DNA of 60,719 nucleotides from a virus: IMG/VR virus record IMGVR_UViG_3300045988_085035; one strand, 5' to 3'. Shown piece by piece: positions 54,826 to 60,719 of this stretch (position 1 is its first letter; each line of letters starts with the position of its first letter). The notes under the pieces were generated by a model. It saw only the letters and a program-made list of their open reading frames with translations, ran no database searches and was not told where the DNA came from. The position numbers and the translations under genes were made by a program.

Positions 54826-55034
54826 GTACTGAAAGATTTTATCTGAGCCAGAACACAATAGGGTGTTATTTAATCTGTGATCGGCAGAGAGCTATCCCGC
54901 CTCTGCCGGGGCAGCGTTACGGATTCTGTAAAAAGTGGCTGGCTCAGAAGTATGTAAACGATCTTAATGCGGGCATTGAAACACCAGAGAGCCTGTACAC
55001 GGTGTGGAATGCAGGAAACAGGAGGATAAGGTAA
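54822..55034 (+). CDS. Small hypothetical protein (70 aa)
   Basis: Start moved to the ATG at 54822 (MSTERFYL), which overlaps the previous stop. Confidence 0.4.
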   Translation: MSTERFYLSQNTIGCYLICDRQRAIPPLPGQRYGFCKKWLAQKYVNDLNAGIETPESLYTVWNAGNRRIR

Positions 55035-55508
55035 ATGGTAAGAGAAGTGATAGGGGACTTACTGGAGAACAGATCAGATGTTATCTGTCACCAGACAAAC
55101 TATGTGGGAATTATGGGTGCGGGAGTTGCACTGGCTATCAAAATCAAACTGCTGACACAGGAGCAGTATGAAGAGTATCAGAACTTTTGCGATATGTATG
55201 GTTCCGGTGCTCTGGGGTTAGTACAGTTCATTCAGGTACGTGATGAAAGATACGTGGCTAACCTATTCAGTCAGAGTGAGTTTTTGAGCAAATCTAATAC
55301 AACATTCACGGACTATGAGGCACTTAAAAAGGCGCTGCGAACCGTAGAAATATTCGCAAGGGAGCATAAACTGACCGTGGCGCTTCCAGGACGTATCGGT
55401 TGCGGTATTGCTGGCGGCAGTTGGGACAAAGTGCTCTCGATCATTATGAAAGTGTTCAAGCCGTCGCCGGTTTTATGCACGGTGTGCTATAAAGAGTCAG
55501 TAATGTAG
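55035..55508 (+). CDS. Macro domain protein (ADP-ribose binding / hydrolase family)
   Basis: GDLLENRSDVICHQTNYVGIMGAGVALAIK and LPGRIGCGIAGGSWDKV match the two conserved macro-domain loops. Confidence 0.75.
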   Translation: MVREVIGDLLENRSDVICHQTNYVGIMGAGVALAIKIKLLTQEQYEEYQNFCDMYGSGALGLVQFIQVRDERYVANLFSQSEFLSKSNTTFTDYEALKKALRTVEIFAREHKLTVALPGRIGCGIAGGSWDKVLSIIMKVFKPSPVLCTVCYKESVM

Positions 55509-55519
55509 GAGGTATGGTA

Positions 55520-55798
55520 ATGGCAAGGGGTAAAAAGCTTTCACGGATAAGAGCATGGGTAGACGATCATGCAGAGGGGATGTTCTCAGGTGATAGAGAA
55601 TATTCGTGGGATGCCATAGGAGGCATGATTATGTTCCATACGGGAATCTTCAAGGGCACGACTATTCGATATAAGGGCGGTAACTATGAAGTTTCGTGTC
55701 CGTCATGCCATTTGAATGGTCTATACAAATCACAGGTTGCGGTCATAAACGGGGTTTTGATTCCATTAACCCATTATGCTTATAAAGAAGTCAAATGA
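55520..55798 (+). CDS. Hypothetical protein
   Basis: ATG at 55520, 7 nt after AGGAGG. Contains CPSCH. Confidence 0.45.
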   Translation: MARGKKLSRIRAWVDDHAEGMFSGDREYSWDAIGGMIMFHTGIFKGTTIRYKGGNYEVSCPSCHLNGLYKSQVAVINGVLIPLTHYAYKEVK

Positions 55799-55811
55799 AG
55801 GAGGGAGAAGC

Positions 55812-56253
55812 TTGGCAGATATAGGTGTCATGTACAGCAGTAAAACGGATCAATGGGCTACACCGTTGGATCTGTTTCAAAAGCTGGATCAGGAGTTTCA
55901 TTTTAATCTTGATCCATGCGCAGACGAAACTAACCATAAATGCGAGAACTACTATACAAAAGCTGACAACGGGCTTGAAAAAGATTGGGGGGGGGCACGC
56001 GTATTTTGCAACCCTCCATAATGGAACAGAAATTAAAAAATGGGTTGAGAAGAGTTTCCGCGAGAGCCATAAAGCTAACACAATCGTAGTAATGCTGATT
56101 CCAGCCAGGACAGATACGTCCTATTTCCATGATTACATATTGCACAGATCAGAAATTCGTTTCATAAAAGGCAGACTGAAATTTGGCGATAGTAAAAGCG
56201 CGGCACCGTTTCCATCCATGCTTGTAATATTCAGAAGCGCTGGAACGGATTAA
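55812..56253 (+). pseudogene. Phage Dam-type DNA N6-adenine methyltransferase, interrupted by a 1-nt frameshift at the NPPY motif
   Basis: Frame 1 reads SSKTDQWATPLDLFQKLDQEFHFNLDPCA...DWGGARVFCNPP then TAA at 56019-56021. Frame +1 continues NGTEIKKWVEKSF...VVMLIPARTDTSYFHDY...IRFIKGRLKF...PSMLVIF. CCATAATGGA where CCATATGGA would give NPPYGTEI. Confidence 0.75.
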
Positions 56254-56273
56254 AACAAAACGGAGGAAAAAGA

Positions 56274-57059
56274 ATGAGCATATTTCCAGTTATAACCAAG
56301 GAAAAGCAACAAATGTATGAGGATTTTTGCAAAGTGAATAATCCGGTCGGTATTCCCTGTATCTGCGGGTACTGTGGCAGAGCTTGCAGACAGATGGGAT
56401 CCGAAGCTGATACAGCAAACTGTATGGAATGCGGATTGTCAGTGTTTGCGTCTGCTGTAGATGCAATTAAAAAACGACGCGATGAAAAACAACGAGCAGG
56501 AATCCAGGGATTGTATGATTTTGATGTTACGTACATTCGGAACAAATTATGGGACAAAGGTGTAAAGGTCGAATCCACGTATATTGAAAAGGTTTTAAAA
56601 CACTTAACTGAGGAGGCAAAAAGCACAATGGTAAAAGAGTCATTAGTTATTAAAAGGGGATATGTTTATAAGTTTGAGCCAAAGTCTGAATGTACATCTG
56701 ATGTTTTTGCACTGGCAATATCATCAGATGCGCGCGGCGCGGATAACATTGTAAATATTATTCTGTTATCGAAAGAACCTACACCAGAGTGTGTGACGAT
56801 TCGCAATTCAAAATTCCCAAATGACGTTATGTACTGCAATTGTGGGAAAGTCACATTTTCTGAGAGAACACGACTCACAGAAGAAGTGACAAAAGTATCA
56901 GATAAAAAGATGGCAAAAATCAGTCTTCTGATAAGCCGTGGTTTGGGTATCCATCCAGAATATGAAGAAGCAAAGAGTCAGGTTTACAAGGAAATGTATG
57001 ATGAATTACTTGAGAGGATGGTGAATAAAAATGGCAAAACAGATATTGACGAGGATTAA
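56274..57059 (+). CDS. Cys-rich N-terminal domain fused to a PemK/MazF-like fold C-terminal domain
   Basis: N-terminus has CICGYCGRAC...CMEC. The C-terminus, from VIKRGYVYKFEPKSE to ISLLISRGLGI, follows the MazF/PemK layout. An internal ATG at 56628 is preceded by GAGGAGG. Confidence 0.45.
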   Translation: MSIFPVITKEKQQMYEDFCKVNNPVGIPCICGYCGRACRQMGSEADTANCMECGLSVFASAVDAIKKRRDEKQRAGIQGLYDFDVTYIRNKLWDKGVKVESTYIEKVLKHLTEEAKSTMVKESLVIKRGYVYKFEPKSECTSDVFALAISSDARGADNIVNIILLSKEPTPECVTIRNSKFPNDVMYCNCGKVTFSERTRLTEEVTKVSDKKMAKISLLISRGLGIHPEYEEAKSQVYKEMYDELLERMVNKNGKTDIDED

Positions 57060-57294
57060 GGACGCACTGCAGTCTTTGAGCGAATCAGAGGATAGCAGCT
57101 ACACAAAGGTGATGGTTCCCTGGAAACAGGGAACCGGTTTTTCAGTTGAATGCGAACGCTATGCGGGCGCTCCTCTGGAGTATCAAGTCTACTATCAGGT
57201 GCATGGTAAAGATATGGACTGCTGCACCTTATATGATTATCCGGATGCGCGCGAGGAGAAGTCGCTGAAAGAGTTTGTGGATATGTACAGGTGA
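57031..57294 (+). CDS. Hypothetical protein
   Basis: 87-aa ORF overlapping the upstream gene end. Confidence 0.4.
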   Translation: MAKQILTRIKDALQSLSESEDSSYTKVMVPWKQGTGFSVECERYAGAPLEYQVYYQVHGKDMDCCTLYDYPDAREEKSLKEFVDMYR

Positions 57295-57303
57295 GGTGGA
57301 ATC

Positions 57304-57576
57304 GTGAGACTGATTGATGCGGACAGGTTGAGAAAGATATTCGAGGATGGGGAGTATCCTTGCAAACTGCAAGATATGTTGCTGGGAATTGTAGATGTAC
57401 AGCCGACAGCTCTTGACGCGGATAAGGTTGTTGAGCAGTTAAAAGCATTAAAAATGAGATACTTCTTAACAATTGCGAATACAGGCGATGCCGATAAAGA
57501 TTGTGCTTACAAAAATATTGCAAATACAATTGATAAAGCTGTAGAAATCGTGAAAGGTGGTGGATTGAATGAATAA
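57304..57576 (+). CDS. Hypothetical protein
   Basis: GTG start after GAGGTGG; 90 aa. Confidence 0.4.
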   Translation: MRLIDADRLRKIFEDGEYPCKLQDMLLGIVDVQPTALDADKVVEQLKALKMRYFLTIANTGDADKDCAYKNIANTIDKAVEIVKGGGLNE

Positions 57577-57850
57577 AGTATCAGGTGCAATTTTAGAAGA
57601 ATTAAGAGATAGCATGGTGGGAAGAAGATACAGGCATTTCAAAGGAAGAATCTACATTGTTACTGATCTTGCAGTGCATACAGAATCTGATGAAATCATG
57701 GTGATCTATAAATGTTTTGCGGACCCAATTGTAACATACTGCAGACCGCTAAGTATGTTTACCAGTGATGTGGACAGAAAGAAATATCCAAATGTAAAGC
57801 AGGAGAAAAGATTTGAGCCGCTTTCGAGAGAGCAGGAGGAGCATGAATGA
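57569..57850 (+). CDS. DUF1653 domain protein
   Basis: RRYRHFKGRIYIVTDLAVHTESDEIMVIYK matches the DUF1653 core. Confidence 0.65.
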   Translation: MNKVSGAILEELRDSMVGRRYRHFKGRIYIVTDLAVHTESDEIMVIYKCFADPIVTYCRPLSMFTSDVDRKKYPNVKQEKRFEPLSREQEEHE

Positions 57851-58089
57851 GTAGTGCAAGCGCAAGATTCGGAACAAAAGCATATGTGTGTTCAAGATAT
57901 TTTCTTAGGCCAGGGAAGTGCTTCAAATACATAGACCAGCGCGGCGAGGATGTCACGGAACACAACTATGAAATCGTGGCATTATATCCACACTGTGCAT
58001 TATTAAGAGATACCAGAAACGGATTCAGAATCTGCCCAGGATATAACAGCCTGAGCCTGATGCTGAGAGGAAGTGAAGTGAATGAGTAG
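57847..58089 (+). CDS. Hypothetical protein
   Basis: ATGA overlap with the upstream gene; SD AGGAGGA. Confidence 0.4.
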   Translation: MSSASARFGTKAYVCSRYFLRPGKCFKYIDQRGEDVTEHNYEIVALYPHCALLRDTRNGFRICPGYNSLSLMLRGSEVNE

Positions 58090-58405
58090 ATCAATATTAG
58101 CGATTGACACGCCCACAAATTGTTATGATTGCCCATTTGGAACTGGATACTGTAGCGATCTTGAATATGAGGGTTTGTGTGAATTAGCTGACTGTTTAGA
58201 CTGTGATGAAATTCTGATAACAGAAGAACATTATGATTGTGAAAGCAAATCAAGACCTGATTGGTGTCCATTGAAGCCATTGCCGGAGAATAAAAGTACA
58301 ACTGCACCAGTGAGCAATTACGAAGTGCAGAAAAACTTATTTGCTGGCGGTTGGAACGCTTGTTTGAGAGAAATTGCAGAAACAAGCGATGAAAACGAGC
58401 GATAA
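58082..58405 (+). CDS. Cys-rich hypothetical protein
   Basis: Contains CYDCPF...C...C...CLDC...C...RPDWCPLKPLPE. Confidence 0.45.
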   Translation: MSRSILAIDTPTNCYDCPFGTGYCSDLEYEGLCELADCLDCDEILITEEHYDCESKSRPDWCPLKPLPENKSTTAPVSNYEVQKNLFAGGWNACLREIAETSDENER

Positions 58406-58432
58406 AAAGTAAGCGATAAGAGGTGAAGAAAT

Positions 58433-58621
58433 GTGTGGTTTTTATGTCAAGAACCGTGCAAAACATTAGATCAGGCACGGAAAAGAGCAATGGAGATTGG
58501 ACGAGAAAATTTTGATTCGATCCACAAAGAACGTTACGGATTGCTTTTTAAAAGAACTGTATATGTGATTCTCTGGTGGAGATGGATTGAGAAAGGAGAG
58601 GTGAAGAAAAATGAGCAATAG
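58433..58621 (+). CDS. Hypothetical protein (weak call)
   Basis: GTG start only; 62 aa; no clear SD. Confidence 0.25.
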   Translation: MWFLCQEPCKTLDQARKRAMEIGRENFDSIHKERYGLLFKRTVYVILWWRWIEKGEVKKNEQ

Positions 58622-58892
58622 TTATTGGAATTATGAAGATGATGAAAATATAATTTGCCCTTATTGTGGACAAGAATACGAGCCTTCATACGAAGATACG
58701 TATATTGGAGGAGAATCGGTTGATTGTTACACAGAAGATACGGAAACCTACACTTGTGATAAATGTGGCAAGAAATTCACCATGTACGGATATCAGGCAG
58801 GATGGAAATATCGCACAGAAACCATTGACGGAGAAGCAACAGATGAAGAAGTAGAAAGAATTGTAGAAGTTGGAGTGATACGCAATGAATGA
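58611..58892 (+). CDS. Zinc-ribbon protein
   Basis: CPYCGQ...CDKCGKKF Cys pairs. Confidence 0.5.
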   Translation: MSNSYWNYEDDENIICPYCGQEYEPSYEDTYIGGESVDCYTEDTETYTCDKCGKKFTMYGYQAGWKYRTETIDGEATDEEVERIVEVGVIRNE

Positions 58893-58898
58893 TTTCAG

Positions 58899-58951
58899 AG
58901 AAAAAGTTGTCATGCTTTTAAAGAAAAAGTTGTCATGCTTTTAAAGAAAAA
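58899..58951 (+). repeat. Perfect 23-bp tandem duplication (2 full units plus 7 nt)
   Basis: AGAAAAAGTTGTCATGCTTTTAA at 58899-58921 and again at 58922-58944, followed by AGAAAAA. Confidence 0.95.
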
Positions 58952-59417
58952 TAATATGACGCAAAAAGAACTTGCTAACAAAGTTGGTATCACAGAAGTA
59001 TCTTTGTCACGATATATCAGTGGAAACCGGACTCCCAAGGTAACAATCATTGTTAATATTGCAAATGCGTTACGTACAACAACCGATTATCTCTTAGGAA
59101 CGCAAACAAAAGGAAATGAACTATATAACATTGACAAAAGCATTATCACTAAAAGCATTAACTATTACGGCGAAGAAATTCAGTCAACTGTCTGCATGGA
59201 GGAATGCGCAGAACTGATACAGGCGATCAGTAAGATGATTCGGGAATCAGATGAGCTTTCCGATGATGATTACGACCACTTATATGAGGAGATTGCAGAT
59301 ATACTGATCTGTGTTGAAATGCTTAAACAGATTTATTGCATCGAAGATTTACATATCAATAACTGGATTAAGCGCAAACAAGAAAGATTACTTAATATAA
59401 TGGAGGTGCGGATATGA
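58935..59417 (+). CDS. XRE-type HTH fused to a MazG-like all-alpha NTP-pyrophosphohydrolase domain
   Basis: MTQKELANKVGITEVSLSRYISGNRTP...TTTDYLLG is the HTH_XRE part. CMEECAELIQAI...YEEIADILICVEMLKQIY matches the MazG-type EExxE/EExxD helices. The present start lies in the second copy of the 23-bp duplication. Confidence 0.7.
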   Translation: MLLKKNNMTQKELANKVGITEVSLSRYISGNRTPKVTIIVNIANALRTTTDYLLGTQTKGNELYNIDKSIITKSINYYGEEIQSTVCMEECAELIQAISKMIRESDELSDDDYDHLYEEIADILICVEMLKQIYCIEDLHINNWIKRKQERLLNIMEVRI

Positions 59418-59569
59418 ATAACAAAACATGCAAAACTTGCGTTGAGAACGATAACGGGCTGTGTGACCGCAAAGGCATCCTGATAGAGGAAGATGATACC
59501 TGCGAAAAACACATCAGCGGATACAACTGGGCTGAATTAATCATGAAAAGATTTATGAGGGTTAATTAA
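59414..59569 (+). CDS. Small Cys-rich protein (51 aa, below the ORF-track cutoff)
   Basis: ATGA overlap with the upstream gene. Hand translation MNNKTCKTCVENDNGLCDRKGILIEEDDTCEKHISGYNWAELIMKRFMRVN. Confidence 0.4.
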   Translation: MNNKTCKTCVENDNGLCDRKGILIEEDDTCEKHISGYNWAELIMKRFMRVN

Positions 59570-59586
59570 AAAAGGAGAAAAGGATA

Positions 59587-59769
59587 ATGAAAGTAGAATT
59601 TAAAATGGAAAAAGCAACTAAAAACACAATCAAATTTAATGAGGTTCTGGAAAATGAACTGAGCGCGCCTAAGATTGGAACACTGTATGTGCAGAAAGCT
59701 ACACTGGGCAGTATGGGCTGGTCCGAGGGTGCCACCCTTGTTGTTGACTTAGAAATAAAAGAACAGTAG
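59587..59769 (+). CDS. Small hypothetical protein
   Basis: SD AAAGGAGAAAAGG; 60 aa. Confidence 0.45.
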   Translation: MKVEFKMEKATKNTIKFNEVLENELSAPKIGTLYVQKATLGSMGWSEGATLVVDLEIKEQ

Positions 59770-59781
59770 GAGGAAAAAGTT

Positions 59782-60576
59782 ATGGGGACTGCAACATTAA
59801 ATTTAAAGATTAACGGTCTGGCAAGTATCAGTTGTTCTGGTGATCCAGAATTTGTGCAGAATGAAAGAAAGCAGTTTAATAATCTGGTTAAAGGGATTTG
59901 TTCTATTGAGTCACCGTCTGTCGCGCCAGAGCATAAGCCATTACTTGCCCCACAGCCGGCTTGCAAGTTAAGCGTACGTGCAAGCAGTATGTATCATCTG
60001 AGTACATTTTTACAGTCATTACAATCCGGAAAGTTACATCTTAGCATGGGTGATGTGATCGAGATTCCTCTTGCGGACGGAACTACGGATGAGTTTGTGA
60101 TGACTCAGGAAGACGACGAGGCGTATCGCTTTGAGAGCGTGAACTGCATTTTTGGAGAATGTATCACCAGGGATAAAGCAGACGAATCATTTGAGCGATA
60201 TTATGATCTGCTGCCGAAAGAGCTGAGAAAAGAAATGATCCTGACCAAAAGAAGGTATCGTAACAGAGATGGTGAGGAAAGAGAGCAGGAGAGTTTGTTG
60301 TTTCTTCCATCAGCTCCTGAGGTATTTGATCCAGAGAATGTACATGGTGACAATGGCTTATATGAACAAATGGAATGGTATAAAGATCGTCGGCATAGAA
60401 TGCGCAAGCTGTGTAAGCTGAGTGAGGATACAGTGAGCTGGTGGCTGGTCTCTGCTTACGCTGGCTACACCAGCAACTTCTGTTATGTCAGCAGCTCCGG
60501 TAATGCCCGCACCAGCAGTGCTTCCACCACCTGGGTGGGGCTGCCCGTCTGCTTCCGCATCCGAAAATCCAAATAG
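59782..60576 (+). CDS. DGR target protein 2 (remote, non-tail context), variable C-type-lectin/FGE-fold C-terminus
   Basis: The C-terminus SWWLVSAYAGYTSNFCYVSSSGNARTSSASTTWVGLPVCFRIRKSK is encoded by VR2. SD AGGAGG. Confidence 0.85.
   Translation: MGTATLNLKINGLASISCSGDPEFVQNERKQFNNLVKGICSIESPSVAPEHKPLLAPQPACKLSVRASSMYHLSTFLQSLQSGKLHLSMGDVIEIPLADGTTDEFVMTQEDDEAYRFESVNCIFGECITRDKADESFERYYDLLPKELRKEMILTKRRYRNRDGEEREQESLLFLPSAPEVFDPENVHGDNGLYEQMEWYKDRRHRMRKLCKLSEDTVSWWLVSAYAGYTSNFCYVSSSGNARTSSASTTWVGLPVCFRIRKSK
60436..60556 (+). repeat. DGR variable repeat VR2
   Basis: Hand alignment to TR 49037-49157 gives about 15 differences, 14 at TR adenines. The 3' 22 nt are identical to TR and VR1. Confidence 0.85.
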
Positions 60577-60620
60577 TTCCGGTGCATTGTGCCCTCACGG
60601 TAAAAGCGGGCTACACAAAT

Positions 60621-60719
60621 AAAAAAAATACCAGGCGGGTTATACCTACCTGGTATTTTTGTTACTCTTTTAAGCTAACGGTTAAAATGAATGAGTTCTT
60701 GACCCATTTGAGTTCGACC
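60621..60719. repeat. 99-nt terminal overlap identical to 1-99 (circular assembly signature)
   Basis: Exact identity read directly. The overlap cuts through the terminator and the 3' end of the integrase gene. Confidence 0.95.

Noticed and set aside
55987-55995. G9 homopolymer as the cause of the Dam frameshift (phase variation)
   Set aside because: The Dam-like reading frame is intact across the G-run (KDWGGARVFCNPP). The frame breaks 24 nt later at CCATAATGG. The tract remains a potential slippage site, but it does not explain the present disruption.

Overview
The window is a complete, circularly assembled temperate siphovirus-type phage or prophage genome. Bases 60621-60719 repeat bases 1-99 exactly, so the unique length is 60,620 bp. 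Strong AGGAGG ribosome-binding sites suggest a Firmicutes/Clostridia-like host (inference). Only a large serine recombinase and an XRE-type repressor are on the - strand; every other supported gene is on the + strand. Gene order: early and replication module (DUF2800 nuclease, DUF2815 SSB-like, family A DNA polymerase, LemA pair, C5 methyltransferase, MazG-like, RNase HI, primase-helicase, VRR-NUC, SNF2 helicase); a sigma-region-4-like regulator; DUF4417; three tandem cassettes whose proteins all start MGGRGG; terminase small and large subunits; a membrane/Mrr-like moron; portal, MuF-like, scaffold and capsid; tail genes with a 1428-aa tape measure; a 1846-aa Ig/LRR-decorated tail protein. These are followed by a canonical diversity-generating retroelement (target-avd-TR-RT), a lysis cassette, and a 5.7 kb accessory module (macro domain, frameshifted Dam methylase, MazF-like, HTH-MazG). 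The last gene of that module is a second, remote DGR target. Non-coding highlights: (1) three copies of a GTAAC-rich repeat family, each ending in a conserved hairpin; (2) three perfect TTGACA-17-TATAAT promoters, each flanked by the same 16-bp near-palindromic operator; (3) a TGTCCC triple repeat after the regulator gene; (4) a 23-bp tandem duplication at the 5' end of the HTH-MazG gene. No rRNA, tRNA or CRISPR array was recognised by eye. All functional calls rest on motifs read from the supplied translations. No database search was run.
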